A stretch of DNA of 64,000 nucleotides from Nitrosopumilaceae archaeon (GTDB lineage Archaea; Thermoproteota; Nitrososphaeria; Nitrososphaerales; Nitrosopumilaceae), in the NCBI GenBank assembly GCA_965208905.1, contig OZ242365.1, positions 448,001 to 512,000 on the forward strand, read 5' to 3'. Under the pieces are notes generated by a model. That model worked only from the letters and a program-made list of their open reading frames with translations, did no database searches and was not told the origin of the DNA. This document shows, piece after piece, positions 32,255-41,409 of this stretch (the first letter of the stretch is position 1; every line of letters begins with the position of its first letter). The position numbers were made by a program, and so were the translations under genes.

Positions 32255-33366
32255 ATGGTGATCTCCCTGTTGTCGCCACGGCGGCGGTCTGGCTGCTCGT
32301 CCAGGTATCGCGCGACATGCTGTGTGGTTAGACCGGCTGATTCGAGTTTGTTTAGTTTGTTTAGGACCGCTCGAGCGTTGGTTGACACGTGCGACTTGTC
32401 GCCACGCATGGCGCACCACCACCGCATAGTAGGTATTGCGTTTTTGACGTAGTTTGATTTTATGCCGTCTAACTGCTGATGCATGGCGGTATTTACGTCG
32501 GGACTCCCATCGGGTGTTAATGGTGTATCATCCGGCCCAAAACCACAAACGCCACAACCATTAGGACTTAACCAGTCTCGTCGAGGGAATACGATATATC
32601 TTATGCCGTCTGCCATTGCGTATAAGGCGGGCATAAACGGCTTCTTTGCCAAGTACATCTCTTTTCCGGCGTCCCTACCGCTTGGTATTGGCGGACCCCA
32701 TCTACCGCCCAATTTGCGGGCCCTGGCTCTTATCCTTGCAAAGTCGCGCATGCGCTGCGGGGTGGCTCCGGGGACGACTTTGGCGAAGTTTGCGATTTCC
32801 TCGTTCAAAACACCAGTGATCCACGTATTTTGAGCGCCGAGGCCACGGACAAAAGGAGAGAGTGATTTACTGTATTGAATCGAAAACCACAAAATCAGTC
32901 TGACATCGCCAACAACGCCTTCACGGTGACGTATGCGTGTTAATTCGGCGAGTACGGTCTTGTATTGTTTTGGAGTTAAATCCGACTCCAAATAGGCAAC
33001 ATCGTCAAACATTATGATACTGTCCGTTGTTATCTCTTTGAGCTTCTCTTTGATGTTTGCCATGTCATACCGGTTTAACTCGTGATATTGTAGGTTTATG
33101 TTATATTTTGCGGTAAGCGTAGTGTGCAGCATATGAGAGACCGAACGGCCCAGGGTGGTTTTGCCCGTCCCCATTGAGCCGACAAGCAAGTGAGCCTGTA
33201 TGTCGTTGGCGACGGCATCCTCGGCCAACTCGTCTATAATTGGCTGAATTGCATTGCGCCTGTCCATCCATACATCTTGCCATTTTGTATACGGTATTTG
33301 TGTGCGTGTGTTTGTGCCAAGGTCCCTCTCGTCTACAACCACACCGTTTACGATTTTTATGCCCAT
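32251..33366 (-). CDS. P-loop ATPase resembling A32/pI(Zot)/FtsK-HerA packaging or extrusion ATPases
   Basis: Walker A GSMGTGKT, Walker B IIMFDD, RIRHR, hhhhhQ motif ILWFSIQY, LSPFVR. Confidence 0.75.
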   Translation of the reverse strand: MGIKIVNGVVVDERDLGTNTRTQIPYTKWQDVWMDRRNAIQPIIDELAEDAVANDIQAHLLVGSMGTGKTTLGRSVSHMLHTTLTAKYNINLQYHELNRYDMANIKEKLKEITTDSIIMFDDVAYLESDLTPKQYKTVLAELTRIRHREGVVGDVRLILWFSIQYSKSLSPFVRGLGAQNTWITGVLNEEIANFAKVVPGATPQRMRDFARIRARARKLGGRWGPPIPSGRDAGKEMYLAKKPFMPALYAMADGIRYIVFPRRDWLSPNGCGVCGFGPDDTPLTPDGSPDVNTAMHQQLDGIKSNYVKNAIPTMRWWCAMRGDKSHVSTNARAVLNKLNKLESAGLTTQHVARYLDEQPDRRRGDNREITI

Positions 33367-33367
33367 A

Positions 33368-34078
33368 TTACGTCACACCACCTGAGCCGCCAAAATCGCC
33401 CACATCCTCCATCAAACCGTCTGCTATCATATTTCGTCTGTACTCGGCCAAGCCGGCCATTAACTCGACATTGTATTTCCCGAGCCATCGCAGCATCTGC
33501 CTTTCCCATCGATGGGTTGCATCGGATCCCTCCATGTCCTTGAGCAACGGCGGTCTTGGCACTACGCGCAGGCGTCTGGGTTCCACCTGCTCAATTTTAT
33601 GAATGTCTAAAACACGGCGGCCACGCAGATCGTGAGTATCGACTACATTACCGCATTTCCTTGCCGGACATGTCCAGGTATTCATGATCGTGAGGTGATC
33701 CTGTGGTGCGATATCCGAACGTCCCACATATTCAACAGGTAATACGGCCCTCTTGCCCAGTTGATCATCGCTATATTGTACAATACTACCACATTCCGGA
33801 CACTGTACTGTGTACACATCCTTGGTTTCACGCCTGTATGTATCGTCATGTATGATGACTTGGTAGCGTTTTAGCGGCGCCTTGTCCGGGTCCTCGTGCG
33901 GGTCGTCCGGCAACGTCCAACAGATGGCGTCCAACGCCTCAAAAGCGGACATCATATCGTTACGCTCCCTTGCCGCATGATAAGCGCGTATGTTCGCGCC
34001 GACCAAACGGGCAATATCGCCAACCTTCCTACCGTGGCCAACACCTGGAACTAAAGGCATGTCACTATATTGTAGCAT
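33368..34078 (-). CDS. Zn-ribbon-containing hypothetical protein
   Basis: CPECG ... WTCPARKCG. Confidence 0.65.
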   Translation of the reverse strand: MLQYSDMPLVPGVGHGRKVGDIARLVGANIRAYHAARERNDMMSAFEALDAICWTLPDDPHEDPDKAPLKRYQVIIHDDTYRRETKDVYTVQCPECGSIVQYSDDQLGKRAVLPVEYVGRSDIAPQDHLTIMNTWTCPARKCGNVVDTHDLRGRRVLDIHKIEQVEPRRLRVVPRPPLLKDMEGSDATHRWERQMLRWLGKYNVELMAGLAEYRRNMIADGLMEDVGDFGGSGGVT

Positions 34079-34350
34079 GTGTGATATAAACGATTTTTTC
34101 CAAAAGTGTGGGCCTGCACTATGTTGTATATTTGATACAGAGAAAATTGCTCACATATGTAGCAAAAAAATACAGGTATAAAGTAAGAGTTTTACGCTTG
34201 ACGTCTGATAAGACATAAGAAAAAACATCTTACTTTACATGCGTGGATGTTGGGTGTTTTAGTGTGAGGGTGCGTCAAAAAAGGTGGTATCTCTTACTTT
34301 ATGATGGGGTGTGGGGAGGTATATCGGCGTGATACCCTAGGGGTATTGGG

Positions 34351-34911
34351 CTAGATATTGCTGCGTCGGGTCCAACGTCGTATCGTAGACTCAGACCGGG
34401 TGGCCCTGTCTATTAAGGCGTGGTTGGTTAAATGGGCGGTCATACGCTCGGCCGGACCTGGGACTCCTGCAAAATACCTGTCCTGGTTGCGGCTACGTCG
34501 TGTGTGGTTTCGGTCTATACGGTTGAGTATGCGTTTTAGATCCCAATCATCGGGGTTGTGTTGTACAGGTGCGCCTCTGGGCGGGTCGGGGACACGGCCT
34601 ATCGTTATACACGCACATACAGCACACTGGTTATCTATCAGTGGGAGTCGTATAATGCTATGACATTTCGGGCATTGCGCGAGTGGCCAACGATATAGCC
34701 CAGTAGCGACGTTGAGTATGGGCGGTGCTGGACTCCAATTACACCATGCACCGCAAACACACACAGGGCATCTATTACCGAGTTTTTTGGCGGTGTCATA
34801 CGTAATGTCGCTGTGGCAGTGATTGCAGTGGGTATATTTTTCTGGCATGCTAGAATGATCCGTCCAGGGATGATCTGCGGGCTGTGGGGCGCCATCCATC
34901 CCTATACCCAT
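34351..34911 (-). CDS. Multi-CxxC Zn-finger protein
   Basis: CNHC, CPVCVCGAWC, CPKC, CAVC. Confidence 0.6.
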   Translation of the reverse strand: MGIGMDGAPQPADHPWTDHSSMPEKYTHCNHCHSDITYDTAKKLGNRCPVCVCGAWCNWSPAPPILNVATGLYRWPLAQCPKCHSIIRLPLIDNQCAVCACITIGRVPDPPRGAPVQHNPDDWDLKRILNRIDRNHTRRSRNQDRYFAGVPGPAERMTAHLTNHALIDRATRSESTIRRWTRRSNI

Positions 34912-35252
34912 ACGGGTATTGGTTGGGCTTGGGGGTGTACATCTGGGCGGGCGTCATGCCGGCGATTTTCGGCTGTTTTTGCGGGGCAGCTGACATCATA
35001 TAGTCTTGGTTATATTTTGACATTATGCGCGTGGTGTTTGGCGGGGCAAAACCATCACGGAATAACGGCGGTGTATTGCCGCCATACGGCCAGTTGGCCA
35101 AATCACCAAGACGGCCCATAACTACCGACCTCGCTTCCTGGGATCTGCCGCCGGCCCGAACCGGCTTGGTCCGTACTGCGCGTCTGGATCGCGTGATATT
35201 TTGGCTAAGTGTCTGACTTGCTCATCTCGGCGGTATTTATCGTAAATGCTGG

Positions 35253-35513
35253 TCATGTCTCTAACCTCGATATAATGACGTCCAGTTTGGACTCCATCCT
35301 ATCCATGCGCTTATCCATACCATCCATGCGCTTGGTTAGGTTTGCCTCAACAGAATCAATGCGCTTGGTTAGGTTTGCCTCAACAGAATCAATGCGCTTG
35401 GTTAACAGGTCGGCGGTCTTTGTTATTGAGGCTTGGATCTCCTTCACGCGAATATCCAGTATATCCTCTGTGATTGTGATATTACTCATGATGTACGTTA
35501 AACGAACATACAA
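35253..35513 (-). CDS. Coiled-coil protein with 11-aa repeats
   Basis: LTKRIDSVEAN repeats (33-bp DNA repeat). Confidence 0.65.
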   Translation of the reverse strand: MYVRLTYIMSNITITEDILDIRVKEIQASITKTADLLTKRIDSVEANLTKRIDSVEANLTKRMDGMDKRMDRMESKLDVIISRLET

Positions 35514-35590
35514 AAAAATGTTATGTCACATACGCACCTAGTCAAGCCTGGGTATTGGGGGTGTGGGGAGTGCAGAGGGGAGAGGGGGTG

Positions 35591-36091
35591 TTACCTTCCC
35601 AGTCCACCGAACGCACCACCGGCCGCACGAACCGCATTTATTCCGGTGTGGCCGGCCTGCACTAAGGCGCGTATTGCTCCGGATATGGCCGGCATGTATG
35701 CTATCAAGCCGCGAATTAGTAGTATCGTATAGACGCCTTGTATAATTGCGGTTATGGGCCATGGGACTCCAAACACGGTTAGTATCTCAAAAGCCATTGT
35801 ACCGGACGCTAGTTTCAACATTTCTACTGACATCGACAACCATAACTCTAGTGATTGTATCGTTAATTGTAGAGAGTCGCCTTCTATTTCGCCTAAGGCT
35901 ATCATTTGTTGTTGTATGGTGTTATCCTGCATGGCTGCCCATATTGCAGAGATTTGCGGGCCGGCGGGGGTGATTCCGTCCATAGTCGTTATCGTAATGT
36001 TTAGTGGGCCGGCTATCAGTATGTCCACTGCGGCCAGCGAACCGGATAGAATATACATAAAAAGAAATACCCTTAACCAATTATCTTTCAT
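35591..36091 (-). CDS. Hydrophobic membrane protein, candidate virion or envelope protein
   Basis: Hydrophobic segments at both ends, NIT sequon, ATGA-coupled. Confidence 0.65.
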   Translation of the reverse strand: MKDNWLRVFLFMYILSGSLAAVDILIAGPLNITITTMDGITPAGPQISAIWAAMQDNTIQQQMIALGEIEGDSLQLTIQSLELWLSMSVEMLKLASGTMAFEILTVFGVPWPITAIIQGVYTILLIRGLIAYMPAISGAIRALVQAGHTGINAVRAAGGAFGGLGR

Positions 36092-36258
36092 TGGCCGGCC
36101 TCCTGCATAGATACATGTTCCTGGTAATTATGCACGGCCTCAAGTATTCGGCGGTTATAGCCTTCTGCGTGATAATCATTCATTCTGCGTTTTGTATCTA
36201 TGCGCTCCTCTAGGTATTGCTCATAGTCTTTGAGGGTGGGTTCTATATGTTTGCTCAT
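36088..36258 (-). CDS. 56-aa hypothetical protein
   Basis: Hand-translated MSKHIEPTLKDYEQYLEE...; ATGA overlaps at both ends. Confidence 0.55.
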   Translation of the reverse strand: MSKHIEPTLKDYEQYLEERIDTKRRMNDYHAEGYNRRILEAVHNYQEHVSMQEAGQ

Positions 36259-36497
36259 GGTAACATACCTCTTACCTCATCTCTTAGTTGAGTTGACGTT
36301 AATGGCTTGAGTATTTTTTTGTATTTTATGGGGCGTCCATTAGATATACCTGATTTGGCCATCTCTATGACTGCGTATGATTGTAGTATGCTATCATGGT
36401 CTGATCTTGTACTGTCTGCGAGTGCATCAATGTATAATGCTTGTATCTTTTCGAGTTTTGTTAAGTCTCCATATATCTTGTCTGTTAGTTGTATCAT
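36255..36497 (-). CDS. 80-aa hypothetical protein
   Basis: ATGA-coupled ORF. Confidence 0.6.
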   Translation of the reverse strand: MIQLTDKIYGDLTKLEKIQALYIDALADSTRSDHDSILQSYAVIEMAKSGISNGRPIKYKKILKPLTSTQLRDEVRGMLP

Positions 36498-36673
36498 GAT
36501 GTATTATCCTGTTTTGTGAGTGTGTTACTCTTTGGGGTTGTGAGTATGTCTAGATATTCAGTCATGGATATATCACGTTTTAATTCTACCGATTTCTCAC
36601 GGCGTCCTTGATTGAGTTTCTCGGACATTTGTTTTGTTACTCGGATTGTTGTTATTTCGTTTTTCTCTGTCAT
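36494..36673 (-). CDS. 59-aa RHH-like regulator, first gene of its operon
   Basis: Hand-translated MTEKNEITTIRVTKQMSEKL...SMTEYLDIL; AT-rich TATA-like region upstream. Confidence 0.6.
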   Translation of the reverse strand: MTEKNEITTIRVTKQMSEKLNQGRREKSVELKRDISMTEYLDILTTPKSNTLTKQDNTS

Positions 36674-36769
36674 TGTATAATGTGTAATATATGCCGTATA
36701 TAAAATATATTCTATATTAATAAGAAGGTGTGGGTTTTGGAGTTTTCATGCCGTATTTGTGGCCGATAT

Positions 36770-36838
36770 GGGGGGGGGTATTTGGGGCATATTCGGCCTC
36801 GGCGCCATTACATGCCATGCTGCATGTTGCGGGTCTTG
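36770..36838 (+). repeat. About 69-bp direct repeat, left copy, flanking the adhesin gene
   Basis: G-run + tatttggggcatattcggcctcggcgccattacatgccRtgctgcatgttgcgggtcttg; one mismatch to 39733-39801. Confidence 0.9.
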
Positions 36839-36895
36839 GGCTGTTCTGCATGATTTGATGTTCACCTTTACGGTTCTGGATAAATGAATGAATTA

Positions 36896-39649
36896 TTATT
36901 CCCTGGCCGCCAGTACTTCGGCTATCTGCGGCCACAGCGGGCTGCTGTATGTATTGGCGTTTGTTCTGGCCTCGGCTGCGGTCATTGGGTTGTCGTGTGT
37001 GGCTTCACCAAAGGCGGCCAGTACCCTGGTCCAGCGGTCGACATGGTCTGCGCCGTGCTGCGTCTGGGACGCCAACTCTTTGACGCTTGCAACAAGCGCG
37101 GGGTCTATTGTGGATTCTGTGGGCGGGTCCTGCGGCGGGTCCTGCGGCGGGTCCTGCGGCGGGTCCTGCGGCGGGTCCTGCGGCGGGTCCTGCGGCGGGT
37201 CCAGTTGCGGGGGGTCCTGTTCTGCCGCCGCTTCAAGTAGTGTCAATATGTCGGCTATCTGCGGCCACAGCGGGCTGCTGTATGTATTGGCGTTTGTTCT
37301 GGCCTCGGCTGCGGTCATTGGGTTGTCGTGTGTGGCTTCACCAAAGGCGGCCAGTACCCTGGTCCAGCGGTCGACATGGTCTGCGCCGTGCTGCGTCTGG
37401 GCGGCCAATGCGGTCACGTTGGCGACAAGCGCGGGGTCTACTGTGGGCGGGTCCTGCTTCAACGAGTTGGCGGTTAATTTCTGTGCGGCTCCGGCGTCCT
37501 GCACGTCTACGGTCCAGGTGGAGAACAGGCCTAACGTGTAGCCGTCGCCGGGGTTTATCGTGAGCGTTACGTTGTTGACGTCTATGATGTTGTCGTTTAT
37601 GGTCGGGACCTCAAGGGTGTACGAACCGATTGGGGGTATCTGTATGATGCGCCAGCCCATATCGGTGGCGTTTAGTATATCTCCAGTACCGGACAGCGTG
37701 ACGTTGACGGGTAGGGGCGCCTGTGGCGCCGGGGATGCGTTTATGCCGAATGATACGGGGTCGCCTTCCGAGCCGCCGCCGGATATGCCGATTGATACGG
37801 TTGGCGGCGGGGGCGGTGAATTGTTGGTGTGGGGACTGTCCGCTACCGTGATTGTCACGGTATCTGCGGATCCGACCCGGTAGCCGGTGCCCGGTTTTAG
37901 AGTCAGCGTGATGGTACCGGCTGGGTTGTCGTCGTTGCCGTTGGTCTGTGTGACGACGTTGCCTCCCGTATTCTGATAACCATCCTGTAAAATTTGCTTG
38001 TTGGAAACGAGGGTAATAGGATTACTGCTGAGGACACCTCCCGTGACGCTTATGCCTACGCCGGGATGGAGTGTAGTACAGGCCAAGTATTCTGATTTGA
38101 TCAGTCCGGCCAAGTTGACCGTGTCGCCTTCCGTCACCGTATCGGGAATGATGCTTTTGTCCAACCACAAGATAGGGCCGTCCGGATGCGGGCGGTGCTC
38201 GTTCGGCTGCATACGCTTGGTGGTCGGGGTGTTCTCCTTTATCTGGTAGCCGGGGCCGTCAATCAGCGTGACGTCTATCCAGTGGTTGCTGGCGGGGTCG
38301 CAGTCCCGTACCGTGTCCATTACGTAGAAGCCGGCACTGCCGGTCATGGCGAATGTTCTATCGTGTCTGTTGGGGCTGCTGAGTATGTGGCCGCTGTCGC
38401 TGGTGCGGAACTTTATTTTCAGAAAACTACCCGTATCCGCTGTCAGGAGGGTTTCTCCAGGCCTCAATGTCGATGCACCGGTATGCGGCGGGTCCACGTG
38501 CACCGAGACCATCACCTGGCGGCCCTCAAAGTTGTTAACCAGCTCACCCAGGGACACGCACGGGTTGTCTTTTGTGCATTCCTGGGGCGGTGGCGGTGGC
38601 GGTGGCGTGTCATGCGGGCCGGGGTCGTCGTCTTGGATTATGTGGGTGATTATCGACGGCTCGCCTATAATGTAGTCGTCGCCCGGCAGCAACTCAATGG
38701 TAAAGACGCCGTCGGGCTCGTCGTGCGAGTCGTCGTTCGTTAATATGTTGAACACAAAGGGTGGGTATACCCACTGCACACCAGAGGGCTTAAAGGCGCT
38801 GAATGACTCAATATAGCCTTGGGTTATGGTGGCGTTGTAGTCTACTCTAGGGAAGCCTCCGTAGGGTACGCCGGGGGATGCGAGTAACATATCAACACGG
38901 AAAAACCCACCCTCCGGCCCCAGATCGCCTGCCAGTTTGAGGTAGACAAGCGGCTTGAAACGTACGTCCGTGTCCGCTGCGGCGACCTCGAATATGGGGG
39001 ATATGCCGTAAGAATACCTGGCGGTCGGTTCGCCCTGGCCGTGCTCGTTTCTGCTGCCGGCAAGTTCACCCGGTATGTCGCCGGCGTAAAAGTCGTTATA
39101 GTTGTCGGCAATGCGGTCACCGCCAACCCAATATATGGGAATTCCCGTCCCCTCCGTATAGGTGTGGCTCCGGACGCCTTCGCGGTCAGAGGCGCTCCAT
39201 TTCAGTACACGGAAGTGATCAGCCATAGGGCGCAGCGGCGACTCCTCATTTATGGGATAATAACCCCTTGTGGTAGATAACGAAAAACAGTCAGTGCCAT
39301 CGGTATTCTGAATCTCGTTTTTCTTATCAAAGGTGACAAGTTGAAGGCGGTAATCAATCCCATTAACTATGCAGTTCCCATCTTCAAAATTATACATTCT
39401 GTACAGGGTTTGCAGCTTGTACTCGATCCGGATGGCATTTTTGATCATATCCTGTATGTCACCATCGTTAGGAAAACCACCCACGTCCGGCGTGAACAGC
39501 AGCCTAAACTGATCCCCAACATTCAGATCTGCCGGGGCATACTCCCAATCCTCCGGCACAGACCACACGTTATAGGCGTGCGCTTCATGGGGGGCCCATA
39601 CAGCAAGCGCCGCGATCGCCACAATAACCGTACATACAACGGCTTTCAT
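36896..39649 (-). CDS. 917-aa secreted adhesin-like protein (Calx-beta-like Ig domains, Pro-rich linkers, duplicated C-terminal domain)
   Basis: Signal peptide; T.DD..DEPDG.FTIELLPG.DY.IG-type units; (PPQD)n linker; two near-identical QTQHGADHVDRWTRVLAAFG repeats. Confidence 0.8.
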   Translation of the reverse strand: MKAVVCTVIVAIAALAVWAPHEAHAYNVWSVPEDWEYAPADLNVGDQFRLLFTPDVGGFPNDGDIQDMIKNAIRIEYKLQTLYRMYNFEDGNCIVNGIDYRLQLVTFDKKNEIQNTDGTDCFSLSTTRGYYPINEESPLRPMADHFRVLKWSASDREGVRSHTYTEGTGIPIYWVGGDRIADNYNDFYAGDIPGELAGSRNEHGQGEPTARYSYGISPIFEVAAADTDVRFKPLVYLKLAGDLGPEGGFFRVDMLLASPGVPYGGFPRVDYNATITQGYIESFSAFKPSGVQWVYPPFVFNILTNDDSHDEPDGVFTIELLPGDDYIIGEPSIITHIIQDDDPGPHDTPPPPPPPQECTKDNPCVSLGELVNNFEGRQVMVSVHVDPPHTGASTLRPGETLLTADTGSFLKIKFRTSDSGHILSSPNRHDRTFAMTGSAGFYVMDTVRDCDPASNHWIDVTLIDGPGYQIKENTPTTKRMQPNEHRPHPDGPILWLDKSIIPDTVTEGDTVNLAGLIKSEYLACTTLHPGVGISVTGGVLSSNPITLVSNKQILQDGYQNTGGNVVTQTNGNDDNPAGTITLTLKPGTGYRVGSADTVTITVADSPHTNNSPPPPPTVSIGISGGGSEGDPVSFGINASPAPQAPLPVNVTLSGTGDILNATDMGWRIIQIPPIGSYTLEVPTINDNIIDVNNVTLTINPGDGYTLGLFSTWTVDVQDAGAAQKLTANSLKQDPPTVDPALVANVTALAAQTQHGADHVDRWTRVLAAFGEATHDNPMTAAEARTNANTYSSPLWPQIADILTLLEAAAEQDPPQLDPPQDPPQDPPQDPPQDPPQDPPQDPPTESTIDPALVASVKELASQTQHGADHVDRWTRVLAAFGEATHDNPMTAAEARTNANTYSSPLWPQIAEVLAARE

Positions 39650-39732
39650 GTTTCATGGGGGGGGGGGCAACTATTTTAGTTTATCGGTTTACCGGTTTAG
39701 TATGCCATGCGTTGATCTGGCGTCAAATAGGG

Positions 39733-39801
39733 GGGGGGGGGTATTTGGGGCATATTCGGCCTCGGCGCCATTACATGCCGTGCTGCATGTTGCGGGTCTT
39801 G
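39733..39801 (+). repeat. About 69-bp direct repeat, right copy
   Basis: Matches 36770-36838; G-run is longer (G12). Confidence 0.9.
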
Positions 39802-40075
39802 ATGTATCGGCCTCGGCGGCCTGTGTTGTATCTTGTCGAGTTGGGATTGTGCAGGACGCGCCTTAGTGTCATCCTGACACACTCTCTGTATGCATCGGCT
39901 GACTTGTGTACCGGGTTGGGTCGTATGACGTTTTGTGTTTGGAGTACGTTTAGGACGTGGAAAATATACGACATGTATAGAACCGTATAATGAATACTAA
40001 TTTAGGTATGTCGTTGGCGTCATGAGTACGATTTGACCAAAAGTGATAATTACATTAGATTGCATATGACATGTC

Positions 40076-40309
40076 ATGCTTTCAATAGTTGAGCTTGTCA
40101 TACTGGGTGGGTTGTTGAGTGTGGGCAGTATCGAGGATCGCGATAAGGCGTTAAATGAATGTCAAAGTCTCGGACATATGCGATATAAGACAATCATAGA
40201 TATTGTACCTGGGAAGGGTAAAATTACAAAACGGACCGAGTTAGAAATAATACAGTATCGACTCGACACAATCCGAAAGGAGATAAAAGATTATCAAAAA
40301 TCAAAATGA
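40076..40309 (+). CDS. 77-aa hypothetical protein; the only clear ORF opposing the others after reconstruction
   Basis: ORF with hydrophobic N-terminus. Confidence 0.45.
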   Translation: MLSIVELVILGGLLSVGSIEDRDKALNECQSLGHMRYKTIIDIVPGKGKITKRTELEIIQYRLDTIRKEIKDYQKSK

Positions 40310-40560
40310 AAGTTGAGTCGTGATCTGGCTGGCTTATGGTCTCTTAATAGTTGGTCATGGCGCTTAGGCCGGGTCTGTTCTCTGTGCATTCTGTAATAAG
40401 CGTGCATGTCCTGGTTATATTCGTCAATATATGAATCCGGCAATTACTCTCCGTCTCCAGTCTTACGCTTCTTCATACTGTTTTTGGCTCGAATGTATGG
40501 GTCGATCACTGCGGCCATGATTATGTTAGGATTGATTATGTATGTTTGATTTGTGGTTCT

Positions 40561-41244
40561 TTATGCGTGGGGGAGGGGGAGTGCAGAGGGGAGAGGGGGG
40601 ATTTCCTCGAATAATTCTACATACCTAAGATTTGTTGGGATTTTTACTGATATACCATCTAACTTATAATTATTACAAAAACCTAATCGCCGTCCTTCAT
40701 CCACACATTTGAAGCATCTTTTCCGTCTGTTTGGGTTTGGTAAGAATAACTTCCCACATATGTTATATCTATCTCCCACTCTGGCACCAATACACCGACG
40801 TGGTGTCACTATGAAGATGTTGGTAACGGTGTCTCTTTTCATACCTATTCTACAATTACACATTAATGCAGCCGCAACCATAACACCATTAGGCACATAC
40901 CTTGACTTAAAACCATCAACGCTTAACGACTCCGCCAGATGTTTTAACGTGTGGCTACCTATGCTACGTTTTGAGTGTTTACATAAAGCCAAAAATCTTA
41001 AAGCCGCACCTAAGGGACTGGTTGACATGTCTTCCTTTACATAACCCATCATTACGTTTTTTCTCTTTGTTGGTGTACCTAAGTATCCATAATTATTATA
41101 TGATACACCCTGCGGAAATATTCCTTCATAACATATGTTATACTTGTAAAGTACTAACCTCATAGACTTAAACCTCATATCAAAATCCACTAGTAACTCC
41201 TTAGCCATTATAGAAAGGTCGTACGGGTCTAACTCAATTCCCAT
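40561..41244 (-). CDS. Hypothetical phage-like protein
   Basis: SHTLKHLAE...YVPNGVMVAAA motif; C-terminal Cys cluster. Confidence 0.6.
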   Translation of the reverse strand: MGIELDPYDLSIMAKELLVDFDMRFKSMRLVLYKYNICYEGIFPQGVSYNNYGYLGTPTKRKNVMMGYVKEDMSTSPLGAALRFLALCKHSKRSIGSHTLKHLAESLSVDGFKSRYVPNGVMVAAALMCNCRIGMKRDTVTNIFIVTPRRCIGARVGDRYNICGKLFLPNPNRRKRCFKCVDEGRRLGFCNNYKLDGISVKIPTNLRYVELFEEIPPLPSALPLPHA

Positions 41245-41409
41245 ATGTTACACATACATCATTCTTATTTTTATAGTTGGTGAATTGGGATTCTAGATTT
41301 TCCTGGGTTGTGGTTGTTAAATTATATATTTTACATGGTAATAAAATATAGATGGTCATGCTAGTCATACCATACTAACTCTATTTATATTATATTTTTT
41401 TATATCTCC

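Larger units (their letters stand above)
22173..41409. mobile_element. Captured circular plasmid/virus-like replicon (about 18.9 kb), with segment 22173-26680 inverted
   Basis: Paired 8-bp flanks of MITE copies 1/3 and 3/4; SF3 helicase, RHH proteins, ATPase and membrane genes; no integrase recognised. Confidence 0.85.

Noticed and set aside
36896-37445. Duplicated C-terminal region as a DGR template/variable repeat pair
   Set aside because: Both copies are in frame in one gene, the differences are few, and no reverse transcriptase is present in the window.
36884-37563. Plus-strand ORFs with GGSC, RRVL or GPAA repeats
   Set aside because: Antisense shadows of the 12-bp PPQD repeat in the adhesin gene.
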